32,000 nt of DNA from Mycobacterium tuberculosis H37Rv (GTDB taxonomy: Bacteria > Actinomycetota > Actinomycetes > Mycobacteriales > Mycobacteriaceae). The translations under genes were made by a program, and so were the position numbers. A model generated the notes under the pieces. The model was not told where the DNA came from. It saw only the letters and a list, made by a program, of their open reading frames with translations, and did no database searches. Positions within the stretch are counted from its first letter, which is position 1; every line of letters starts with the position of its first letter. Below are positions 1 to 18,977 of this stretch, one piece after another. The stretch is from positions 2,310,001 through 2,342,000 of the forward strand of contig NC_000962.3 of NCBI RefSeq assembly GCF_000195955.2. The letters run 5' to 3'.

Positions 1-2517
<2,517 letters not shown>

Positions 2518-2521
2518 ACCG

Positions 2522-3052
2522 CTAATTCGACCCCGGCGATGGAGGTTCTGCGGCTACCCGAGGGGGCTGAAGGGTCAACGGCTCGACATCTATGACGTCG
2601 ATGACCTCGCCATCAATAAAGTCCGGGTCGGTGCCGCTCTCGCCGAAGGCCCCGGCCATGTTGGCCGCCGCATCGGCCGTCAGTGGCACGTTCCGCAGGA
2701 AACCGCGCACGGCGATCGCGGTCAGCCCGGGTCGAGCGAGCGCCCGGATCGGCGGCACCAGCAGCAACAGCCCCATCGTCGTGGTGACCAGACCAGGAAC
2801 AAGCACCAAGACCGAGGCAACGGTGACCAGCGCGCCGTCACTCAGTGCGCTTCGTGGTTCCGCCAAGCCGGATCGCAACCACAGGAGCCGTCGGCCGAGC
2901 TGCCAGCCACCGAGCGGCGCCAGCAGACCGAACCCGAGGACGAACGTCGCCAGCAACACCAGCAAAGTCCAGCCAAACCCGATCGTCGCCGCCAGCGCGA
3001 AAACCACCGCGAGCTCGACGACGGCGTAGCTGAGCAGCAGCCGCGACACCAC
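2522..3052 (-). CDS. fxsA: FxsA-family membrane protein
   Basis: 176 aa ORF, VSRLLLSYAVVELAVVFALAATIGFGWTLLVLLATFVLG..., small multi-TM FxsA-like protein adjacent to Rv2052c-like gene. Confidence 0.85.
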   Translation of the reverse strand: MVSRLLLSYAVVELAVVFALAATIGFGWTLLVLLATFVLGFGLLAPLGGWQLGRRLLWLRSGLAEPRSALSDGALVTVASVLVLVPGLVTTTMGLLLLVPPIRALARPGLTAIAVRGFLRNVPLTADAAANMAGAFGESGTDPDFIDGEVIDVIDVEPLTLQPPRVAAEPPSPGSN

Positions 3053-3124
3053 GTGACGCCAACGTCTGCGGGCTAGGCCCGAGTTCCTCGGGGGCGGACA
3101 TCGAGGCTGCAGTTAGATGACGCT

Positions 3125-3838
3125 ATGACAACGATAGAGATCGACGCTCCCGCCGGACCCATTGATGCGCTGCTGGGCCTTCCCCCCGGCCAGGGCCCGT
3201 GGCCGGGTGTGGTGGTGGTGCACGACGCGGTCGGGTATGTCCCCGACAATAAGTTGATTTCCGAGCGTATCGCCCGGGCAGGCTATGTGGTGCTCACCCC
3301 GAACATGTACGCCCGAGGCGGCCGCGCCCGATGTATCACCCGAGTCTTTCGCGAGCTGTTAACGAAGCGGGGCCGCGCGCTCGATGACATCCTGGCCGCC
3401 CGCGATCACCTGCTGGCCATGCCAGAATGCTCCGGTCGGGTTGGCATTGTGGGCTTTTGCATGGGCGGTCAGTTTGCGCTTGTCTTGTCGCCCAGAGGTT
3501 TTGGCGCCACCGCGCCCTTTTACGGCACTCCACTGCCGCGCCACCTCAGCGAGACGCTAAACGGGGCATGCCCGATCGTCGCCAGCTTCGGCACCCGCGA
3601 CCCGCTGGGTATCGGCGCAGCCAATCGACTACGTAAAGTGACCGCGGCCAAAAACATCCCCGCCGATATCAAGTCCTACCCGGGCGCCGGGCACAGCTTC
3701 GCGAACAAACTGCCCGGTCAGCCGCTGGTGCGCATCGCGGGATTCGGCTACAACGAGGCCGCGACCGAAGACGCGTGGCGTCGGGTCTTTGAGTTCTTCG
3801 GCCAGCACTTGCGCGCCGGCTCGCCTGGTGAGCCTTAG
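3125..3838 (+). CDS. Dienelactone hydrolase family protein (Rv2054-like)
   Basis: 237 aa ORF with PGVVVVHDAVGYVPDN, nucleophile motif VGIVGFCMGGQFAL and YPGAGHSF. Confidence 0.92.
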   Translation: MTTIEIDAPAGPIDALLGLPPGQGPWPGVVVVHDAVGYVPDNKLISERIARAGYVVLTPNMYARGGRARCITRVFRELLTKRGRALDDILAARDHLLAMPECSGRVGIVGFCMGGQFALVLSPRGFGATAPFYGTPLPRHLSETLNGACPIVASFGTRDPLGIGAANRLRKVTAAKNIPADIKSYPGAGHSFANKLPGQPLVRIAGFGYNEAATEDAWRRVFEFFGQHLRAGSPGEP

Positions 3839-4086
3839 GTACGACTTCGACTCCCCGCGGATGCCGATGACCTTGTCCCGTCGGAGGGCGGCGGGGCTGT
3901 CATGTCCGCGTGCACCCCGAAGGCGAGATGAACATGATTGTCATCATGAAGTAGTGGGCCACAGCTGCGGGTGTCAGCTGGCGAAAAATGCGCGCGGCGC
4001 CCTCTTCGTTGCCTGACGTGTGCGGCGCGCCGACATGGGTTTGGCGAGCATGGCCTCGGTAAGTTCCCCGGCTTGCCGGATGCGGG

Positions 4087-4353
4087 TCATGGGCACAGTG
4101 CAGCGCGTCGCTGCCTGTCCTGGCCCGGGTAGGGCAGCAGCGCCATCTCGCGGGCGTTCTTGATCGCCTGGGCGACTTGGCGTTGCTGCTGGACTGTCAG
4201 GCCGGTCACTCCCCGGGAGCGAATCTTGCCTCGGTCAGAGATGAACACCCGCAATGTTGCGGTGTCTTTGTAATCGACGCTCTCGACGCCGAGGCTATCG
4301 AGCAGGTTTTTCTTCGCCTTCGTCGGGCCCTTTCGCGCGGATTTGGCGGCCAT
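4087..4353 (-). CDS. rpsR2: 30S ribosomal protein S18, zinc-independent (C-) paralogue
   Basis: 88 aa; [50 protein letters not shown] is S18; N-terminal cysteines of the zinc-binding form absent. Confidence 0.95.
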
Positions 4354-4659
4354 CTACCAGCTGGCCTTCCGGACACCGGGCAGGTGTCCGTCGTGGGCCA
4401 GTTGGCGGACCCGCACACGGGAGAGCCCGAATTTGCGGAGATGTCCGCGCGGCCGGCCGTCGATGGCGTCGCGGTTGCGTAACCGCACGGGACTGGCGTC
4501 GCGGGGCTGGCGGGCAAGGGCTCGCTGGGCGGTACTGCGCTGTTCGGGGGCGCTCGATGGGGATCGGATGATGTCTTTGAGCGCGGTGCGACGCGATGCG
4601 TAACGGGCGACGGTGGCCGCCCGCCGCTGATTCTTGACGATCTTGGACTTCTTGGCCAC
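4354..4659 (-). CDS. rpsN2: 30S ribosomal protein S14, zinc-independent paralogue
   Basis: 101 aa from GTG at 4659: [34 protein letters not shown]...[41 protein letters not shown]; no Cys. Confidence 0.95.
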
Positions 4660-4660
4660 G

Positions 4661-4825
4661 TCAGCGTTCCTCGCGAAAGTCCACGTGACGCCGCAGGATC
4701 GGGTCGTATTTGCGCAAGATGAGACGGTCGGGGTCATTACGGCGGTTCTTGCGGGTGGTGTAGGTGTAGCCGGTGCCCGCCGTGGAACGCAGCTTCACAA
4801 TCGGCCGGATGTCGGTGCGCGCCAT
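4661..4825 (-). CDS. rpmG1: 50S ribosomal protein L33, zinc-independent paralogue
   Basis: 54 aa [54 protein letters not shown]; no CxxC motifs. Confidence 0.95.
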
Positions 4826-5061
4826 CAGATCCGCTGCCCCTGGCGACGCAGGCGGGCCACGACCGCTTCGATACCGTCGCGGTCGATGACCTTTATACCC
4901 TTCGTGGACACCCGCAGCCGAATGCGACGGCCCTCGGAGGGCAGGTAATACGTTCGTTGCTGAATGTTGGGCGACCATCGCCGACGGCTTCGGCGATGGG
5001 AGTGCGAGACGGTGTTTCCAAATCCCGGCTTGCGGCCGGTGACTTGGCAGTGGGCGGACAA
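4825..5061 (-). CDS. rpmB2: 50S ribosomal protein L28, alternative paralogue
   Basis: 78 aa [60 protein letters not shown]; overlaps rpmG1 start by 1 nt; CxxC pairs reduced to a single Cys. Confidence 0.95.
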
Positions 5062-5090
5062 GGGGCACCCTTCCTTCGAAGCTCGGCTTA

Positions 5091-5110
5091 TTGAAAATCA
5101 TTTTCGACAA
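5091..5110. promoter_or_regulatory. Putative Zur operator upstream of the rpmB2-rpmG1-rpsN2-rpsR2 operon
   Basis: ttgaaaatcattttcgacaa, a near-palindromic TGAAAAT-N-ATTTTCG site ~30 bp upstream of rpmB2 and typical of mycobacterial Zur boxes. Confidence 0.8.
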
Positions 5111-5143
5111 CAGCTAGGTGGCACTGTACCGTCGACGTCGCAA

Positions 5144-5164
5144 TAATGAAAACTGTTATCGATA
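5144..5164. promoter_or_regulatory. Putative second Zur-like box just upstream of the Rv2059-like ORF
   Basis: taatgaaaactgttatcgata, imperfect dyad (TAATGA-AAACTGTT-ATCGATA), ~10 bp upstream of GTG at 5174. Confidence 0.5.
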
Positions 5165-5173
5165 AGGAGGACG

Positions 5174-6709
5174 GTGGCCACCCCGGTGATCCTTGTCACC
5201 GGACACGAGGGCACCGCCGCCGTGACCGCTGACCTGCTGGGCCTGCTCACCGATCACGGCACTGCGACACTTCGGTCAGTGGCACCAGGATCCGTGCGGC
5301 GAGCCGATCCCCGCCCACGGTGTCACCGCCGAGAACAACGACGACGACACCGGGCATCCATGAAATCCGCCATCCATCCCGACCACCACCCCCGTCGTCT
5401 TCCACGGTGCCCGGTCCTCCGCCGCGACCAAGTTGTACTGGAAATGATTGTCATTACGATGGTCGGGCGGCCGAGCGGGCCGGGCGAAAGGAAATGGGAT
5501 GTGTGGGGCAGCGTGGCACGCGCGGTCACCGGCGGGCATGTACCCGTCAAATCCATCCTCACCGGCGCCCATGCCGACCCGCATTCGTACCAGGCCAGCC
5601 CCGCGGACGCCGCCGCGATCGTCGACGCGGAGCTGGTGATTTACAACGGCGGCGGGTACGACCCGTGGGTCGACCAGGTGTTGGCCGGCCATCCTGGTGT
5701 CCAGGCGGTCGATGCCTACTCGCTGCTCGGCGCCGTGGGCGACGACGACGCGCCCAACGAACACGTCTTCTACGACCCCAATGTCGCCAAGGCGGTCGCG
5801 GCAACGATCGCCGACCGGTTGGCGGACCTCGACCCGTCCAATTCCGGGAACTATCGAGCGAACGCCGCCGAGTTCAGCCGCGGCGCCGACGCAATCGCAA
5901 TTTCCGAACACGCGATCGCCACCACCTATCCCGACGCCGCGGTCATCGCGACCGAACCCGTCGTGCACTACCTGCTGGCGGCAGCCGGCCTGAAAAATCG
6001 AACCCCGGCTACCTTCATCGCGGCCAACGAAAACGGCAACGACCCCACCCCGGCCGATATGGCGGCCGTGCTCGACATGATCGCCGGCCGTGAGGTCGCG
6101 GCGTTGCTGGTTAACCCGCAGACACCTACCGCGGCGACCGACGAACTGCAGGTGGCCGCCCGGCGGGCAGGAGTGCCAATCACCGAGTTGACCGAGACCT
6201 TGCCCAGCGGAACCGACCGGGACCAGTTTTGCGCTGCTGACCGGCCAGATCGTCGGGGTCGGTCACTCCGGGCTGACCATGCTGACCGTGGTTTGTCTGC
6301 TCGTGGTCACCGTGTTGGCGATCTGCTACCGACCGCTCTTGTTTGCCACCGTCGATCCGGAGGTCGCGGCCGCCCGCGGCGTGCCAGTGCGCGCCCTGGG
6401 AATTGTGTTCGCCGCACTGATGGGCGTGGTAGCCGCCCAGGCTGTCCAGATCGTCGGGGCACTCCTCGTGATGTCTTTGCTGATCACCCCCGCCGCGGCG
6501 GCCGCCCGGGTCGTGGTTGCCCCGGTCGCCGCGATCGCGACCTCGGTGGTCTTCGCCGAGGTTTCCGCCGTCGGCGGCATCCTGCTGTCGCTGGCGCCTG
6601 GAGTCCCGGTGTCGGTGTTCGTGGCCACCATCTCGTTTGTGATCTACCTGATTTGCTGGTTGCTCCGGCGGCGCCGCTAACTAGCCGGTCTCGCTTTCGG
6701 CCACTTTGA
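5174..6709 (+). pseudogene. Composite ORF (Rv2059-like): truncated CobW/YciC-type N-terminus, zinc-binding lipoprotein (ZnuA/TroA-like) domain without a signal peptide, and an out-of-frame C-terminus
   Basis: MATPVILVTGHEGTAAVTADLLG resembles a CobW-family N-terminus. VWGSVARAVTGGHVPVKSILTGAHADPHSYQASPADAAAIVDAELVIYNGGGYDPWVDQVL...VPITELTETLPSG is a metal SBP. After ~6215 the frame yields Arg-rich, low-quality sequence overlapping the permease gene in another frame. Confidence 0.8.
6279..6680 (+). pseudogene. C-terminal fragment of a zinc/manganese ABC transporter permease (Rv2060-like)
   Basis: 133 aa MLTVVCLLVVTVLAICYRPLLFATVDPEVAAARGVPVRALGIVFAALMGVVAAQAVQIVGALLVMSLLITPAAAA matches only the C-terminal half of ZnuB-type permeases. 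The same frame reads back to ~6222 (TSFALLTGQIVGVGHSGLT). Confidence 0.8.
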
Positions 6710-7085
6710 GCTCTAGGCCAATGTTGTTCCGCATGCCGCCGCGCAGCTTACTGACGAAGGTGAACAGCTTGCCCTGGATGCCGTAGCGCTTGACGATCGC
6801 GTCGTAGACGGCGCCCGTTTGGGATTCGTCGAGGATGGCCGCGGTGGCTTCGACGGCCTCGCTGGTCGGCCGGCCGCGCAAGGTGCAGGTCGCCAGCGTC
6901 ACCCGCGGCGTGTTGCGGATCCGCTTGACCTTCCACGATTTCTTCTCGGTGATGACCAGCAGTCGATCCCCGCGGTCGGTGTCCAAGGCGGCCCAGATGG
7001 GAACCGGCTTGGGCCGGCCGTCCTTGGTGAAGGTGGTCAGCAGCAGGTACTGCGCCTCGGCAAGGTCAGAAAAGGTAGGGGTCAC
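6681..7085 (-). CDS. PPOX-class F420-dependent enzyme / pyridoxamine 5'-phosphate oxidase-like (Rv2061c-like)
   Basis: 134 aa VTPTFSDLAEAQYLLLTTFTKDGRPKPVPIWAALDTDRGDRLLVITEKKSWKVKRIRNTPRVTLATCTLRGRP, a characteristic split-barrel FDOR signature. Confidence 0.88.
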   Translation of the reverse strand: MTPTFSDLAEAQYLLLTTFTKDGRPKPVPIWAALDTDRGDRLLVITEKKSWKVKRIRNTPRVTLATCTLRGRPTSEAVEATAAILDESQTGAVYDAIVKRYGIQGKLFTFVSKLRGGMRNNIGLELKVAESETG

Positions 7086-7102
7086 GGGTGCCAACCTACC
7101 GC

Positions 7103-7163
7103 GCGAGCAGACGCAGAATCGCACTGCGCGGGGTCCCGCGCATGCGATTCTGCGTCTGCTCGC
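7103..7163. terminator. Long near-perfect palindrome between cobN stop and Rv2061c-like start; candidate transcription terminator or dispersed palindromic element
   Basis: gcgagcagacgcagaatcgca-c-tgcgcggg-gt-cccgcgca-tgcgattctgcgtctgctcgc. The 21-bp outer arms and 8-bp inner arms are exact reverse complements with a single bulged C. Confidence 0.75.
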
Positions 7164-7168
7164 CGTAC

Positions 7169-10753
<3,585 letters not shown>

Positions 10754-10830
10754 CAATTCTTCTTACCGGAGCAGGACTCGAGCGGTGGCGTCGGGCCCGC
10801 GAGCTTTGTAGCCACGCCTAGACTACAAAC

Positions 10831-12542
<1,712 letters not shown>

Positions 12543-12551
12543 GGTGAGCGA

Positions 12552-13174
12552 GTGCTCGACTACCTACGCGACGCCGCGGAAATCTACCGGCGGTCATTCG
12601 CGGTTATCCGCGCCGAGGCCGATCTGGCGCGCTTCCCCGCCGACGTCGCGCGGGTGGTGGTTCGGTTGATTCACACCTGCGGGCAGGTCGACGTCGCCGA
12701 GCATGTGGCCTACACCGACGACGTCGTCGCGCGGGCGGGTGCCGCGCTGGCCGCCGGTGCCCCGGTGCTGTGCGATTCGTCGATGGTGGCCGCCGGGATC
12801 ACCACCTCGCGGCTGCCCGCCGACAACCAGATCGTCTCGCTGGTCGCCGATCCACGCGCCACCGAGCTGGCCGCCCGTCGCCAGACCACCCGATCGGCGG
12901 CCGGGGTCGAGCTGTGTGCCGAGCGGCTGCCCGGCGCGGTGCTGGCCATAGGCAACGCGCCCACCGCGCTGTTTCGGCTGCTCGAACTGGTCGACGAAGG
13001 GGCACCCCCACCGGCGGCCGTGCTGGGCGGACCGGTGGGTTTCGTCGGATCGGCACAGGCCAAAGAGGAGCTCATCGAGCGGCCCCGCGGGATGTCCTAC
13101 CTGGTGGTGCGCGGTCGCCGCGGCGGCAGCGCGATGGCCGCCGCCGCCGTCAATGCGATAGCCAGCGACCGCGA

Positions 13175-13178
<4 letters not shown>
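12552..13178 (+). CDS. cobH: Precorrin-8X methylmutase CobH
   Basis: 208 aa; [66 protein letters not shown]. Confidence 0.96.
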
Positions 13179-15885
<2,707 letters not shown>

Positions 15886-16809
15886 CTATGCAAGCACACC
15901 GGCAACGCACGTCGCCGCCTCGGCGAGCAGCGCCTCACGGGGCTCGGCGTCATACCCGCCGCCGGCACGATCGGACATGACGGCCACCACGTAGGGCACG
16001 CCGGTCGGTGACCACACGACCGCGATGTCGTTTGCTCGTCCGTAGTCACCGGTCCCGGTCTTGTCGATCACCTTCCAATCGGCGGGAAAGCCCGCTCGGA
16101 TCCGCTTGGCTCCGGTGGTGTTGCGCGCCATCCAATCGGTGAGCAGTGCCCGCTTGTCGGGCGGCAACGCGTTGCCGAGAACAAGCTGCTGCAACACCAG
16201 GGCGATGGCGTGCGGTGTTGTGGTATCCCGTTCGTCCCCGGGCGGATCGCGGTTCAACTCCGGTTCCTCGGCGTCCAACCGGCTCACGGTGTCACCCAAG
16301 CTGCGGAGGTAGCCGGTAAATGCCGCGGTGCCGCCCCCGGGACCGCCAAGATCGGCCAGCAACAGGTTGGCGGCGGTGCCGTCGCTATAGCGTATCGCCG
16401 CATCGCAAAGCTGCCCGATCGTCATCCCGGTCTGAACGTGTTGTTGGGCCACCGGGGAGATCGACCGAATGTCGTCACTGGTGTAGGTGATCAGTTTGTC
16501 CAGATGCGTGAGCGGGTTTTGGTGCAGCACCGCCGCCACGAGCGGCGCCTTGAACGTGGAGCAGAATGCGAACCGCTCATCGGCGCGGTATTCGATCGCG
16601 GCGGTGGTGCCGGTGGCGGGCACATACACCCCAAGCCGGGCATCGTATCTGCGCTCCAGCTCGGCGAAGCGATCCGCCAGATCCGCTCCGGCCGGCAAGG
16701 TTGTCGATGCCGGACGGGCCCCGCTCGCATGCCGTGCACACCCCGTCACGGAAACCAGCATTGCCATCGCTACCAGCAGTTCGCGACGACCGAATCCTCT
16801 GTTGCGCAT
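15886..16809 (-). CDS. blaC: Class A beta-lactamase BlaC
   Basis: 307 aa; FCSTFK (SxxK), SDG, EPELN omega loop, and KTGTGDYG (KTG). Confidence 0.98.
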
Positions 16810-16889
16810 GCCGTAGTATCACACGCGCGCAGATGGCAGGCGCCAAAGCGCATTCGACGCCGCGCTCCCCCGGCTGCTCGGCGGCGGGA

Positions 16890-16910
16890 TCTACGACGAC
16901 CGGTCGTAGA
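16890..16910. promoter_or_regulatory. Candidate repressor (BlaI-type?) operator in blaC-sigC intergenic region
   Basis: tctacgac-gaccg-gtcgtaga inverted repeat with 8-bp arms, containing a nested perfect 12-bp palindrome acgaccggtcgt. Confidence 0.5.
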
Positions 16911-16943
16911 CTGACCGGACCTGCCGGGCTATGGTTTATGCCC

Positions 16944-17501
16944 ATGACCGCGACGGCAAGCGACGACGAGGCCGTTACCGCACTCGCCTTGTCGGCGGCC
17001 AAGGGGAACGGGCGGGCCCTTGAGGCGTTTATCAAAGCCACCCAGCAAGACGTGTGGCGGTTCGTCGCCTATCTGTCCGACGTGGGCAGTGCGGACGATC
17101 TCACCCAAGAGACATTCCTACGAGCGATCGGCGCCATCCCGCGGTTTTCCGCACGCTCCAGCGCCCGAACTTGGTTGCTGGCCATCGCGCGCCATGTCGT
17201 CGCCGATCACATCCGCCACGTCCGATCCCGGCCCCGCACCACCCGCGGCGCGCGTCCCGAACATCTCATAGACGGCGACCGCCATGCCCGCGGATTCGAA
17301 GACCTCGTCGAGGTAACCACGATGATCGCCGACCTAACCACCGACCAACGGGAAGCGCTGCTGCTGACCCAGCTGCTCGGGCTGTCCTATGCGGACGCCG
17401 CGGCGGTGTGCGGCTGCCCGGTGGGCACCATCCGATCCCGTGTCGCTCGAGCGCGCGATGCGCTGCTTGCCGACGCGGAGCCCGACGACCTCACCGGCTA
17501 G
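16944..17501 (+). CDS. sigC: RNA polymerase ECF-type sigma factor SigC
   Basis: 185 aa [62 protein letters not shown]...[36 protein letters not shown]. Confidence 0.97.
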
Positions 17502-18225
17502 GCAGACCGGCCACCCACATGGCGGCCCGGTGGACAGAATCGACCGCCGCTACCCCAGCCGGCAGCAGCGGGCGCGCTATCATGACCACCGAAATACCCA
17601 GCGCAGCAGCGGCATCCAGCTTCGCTCGGGTCATCTTGCCACCGCTGTTCTTGGTGACCAATGCGTCGATGCGCTGCTCACGCAGCAGTGCGAACTCATC
17701 GTGGTAACCATATGGCCCGCGAGATAGCACCAGTTTGTGCCGCCGCGGCAGGGCGGTGCCATCGGGCGCGGTAACCACGCGGATCAAAAACCACGCGTCG
17801 CTGTTGGCGAAGGCCGCAATACCCGAGCGTCCGGTGGTCAGGAACACTCGCGAATAACCTTGTTCAGCAACAACGTCTGCAGCCTCGATGTCCGATACCG
17901 CGATGATGGCGGTACCGGGATCCCACGGCGGGCGAGCCAGTACCAGGTACGGGAGCCCGAGCTCACCGCACACCTGCGCGGCGTGCGCGGTGATGGTTAC
18001 CGCGAAGGGGTGGGTGGCGTCGACGACGGCATCGATGCGCTCCTCTCGCAGCCAACCGCGCAGCCCCTCGACACCGCCGAACCCGCCGATGCGCACCGGA
18101 CCGATCGGCAGGGCAGGGTTGGGTACCCGGCCGGCCAGCGAGCTGACGATCTCAACGTGTGGGTGCAACTCTTTCGCCAGCGCACGGCCCTCGGCGGTGC
18201 CGCCGAGCAACAACACCCGGGTCAC
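17491..18225 (-). CDS. cobK: Precorrin-6A reductase CobK
   Basis: 244 aa [34 protein letters not shown]...[15 protein letters not shown]; 4-bp overlap with cobM. Confidence 0.96.
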
Positions 18226-18977
18226 TGTGCATACCGACCGTGCCGTGCCACCGAATATAGGTAGCTGTCGGTAAAGCCCTCAGCGGTCAGCACGTCGCCA
18301 ACAACGATCACGGCGGTCCTGGTGATCTTGGCATCGTGCATCCGCGCGGCGATATCGGCCAACGTGCCGCGTAGCGTCCGCTGTTGCGGCCAACTCGCGA
18401 AAGCCACCACCGCAACCGGCGTTTCGGGTCGGTAACCACCGTCTAGCAGTCGCGGAACGATGGCGTCGATCTGGGCTGCGGCCAGGTGCAAGACCAGAGT
18501 GGCGCGGGATCGGGCGAGCGCGGCCAGGTCCTCACCGGGCGGTATGGGTGTGGACAGCGTCGCCACCCGGGTGAGCGTCACCGTCTGCGCCACGCCCGGC
18601 ACGGTGAGTTCGCGCTTTAGCGCCGCCGCGGCTGCGGCAAAAGCCGGTACGCCCGGCACGATTTCGTAGCCGATGCCCAGCGCGTCGAGTTCGCGGCACT
18701 GTTCGGCCAGCGCGCTGTACAGCGACGGGTCGCCGGAATGCAGCCGGGCAACGTCGCGGCCGTCGGCGTCGGCGTCGGCAAGTTTGCGCACGATTTGTTC
18801 GAGGGTCAGCGGACCGGTGTCGACAATCGTCGCGCCGGGCGGACACTGCGCCAACAGGTCGTCGGGCATGATCGAACCCGCATACAGGCACACCGGGCAT
18901 CGTTGCAGGAGCCGTTGGCCGCGGACGGTGATTAGGTCGGCGGCGCCGGGGCCCGCTCCGATGAAATAGACCGTCAT
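18222..18977 (-). CDS. cobM: Precorrin-4 C11-methyltransferase CobM
   Basis: 251 aa MTVYFIGAGPGAADLITVRGQRLLQRCPVCLYAGSIMPDDLL...RLHSGDPSLYSALAEQ. Confidence 0.96.
   Translation of the reverse strand: MTVYFIGAGPGAADLITVRGQRLLQRCPVCLYAGSIMPDDLLAQCPPGATIVDTGPLTLEQIVRKLADADADGRDVARLHSGDPSLYSALAEQCRELDALGIGYEIVPGVPAFAAAAAALKRELTVPGVAQTVTLTRVATLSTPIPPGEDLAALARSRATLVLHLAAAQIDAIVPRLLDGGYRPETPVAVVAFASWPQQRTLRGTLADIAARMHDAKITRTAVIVVGDVLTAEGFTDSYLYSVARHGRYAQ

Noticed and set aside
3789-4016. 75 aa plus-strand ORF in the gap after the dienelactone hydrolase gene
   Set aside because: It overlaps the end of the upstream gene out of frame, with random-looking composition and no homology recognised. Only the Zur-like motif inside it was kept.
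6215-6709. Novel Arg-rich C-terminal domain in the 511 aa Rv2059-like ORF
   Set aside because: It is the out-of-frame translation of the permease coding sequence, which gives a coherent membrane protein in the alternative frame.
10754-10830. Possible cobalamin riboswitch near cobN or in the cob cluster
   Set aside because: The short gaps around cobN, cobG and cobL are too small and lack a recognisable B12-box-like core. I could not support a riboswitch by eye.
16566-16943. N-terminal extension of SigC in the 311 aa ORF
   Set aside because: The upstream part is antisense to blaC and Arg/Pro-rich; ECF sigma homology begins just after ATG 16944.
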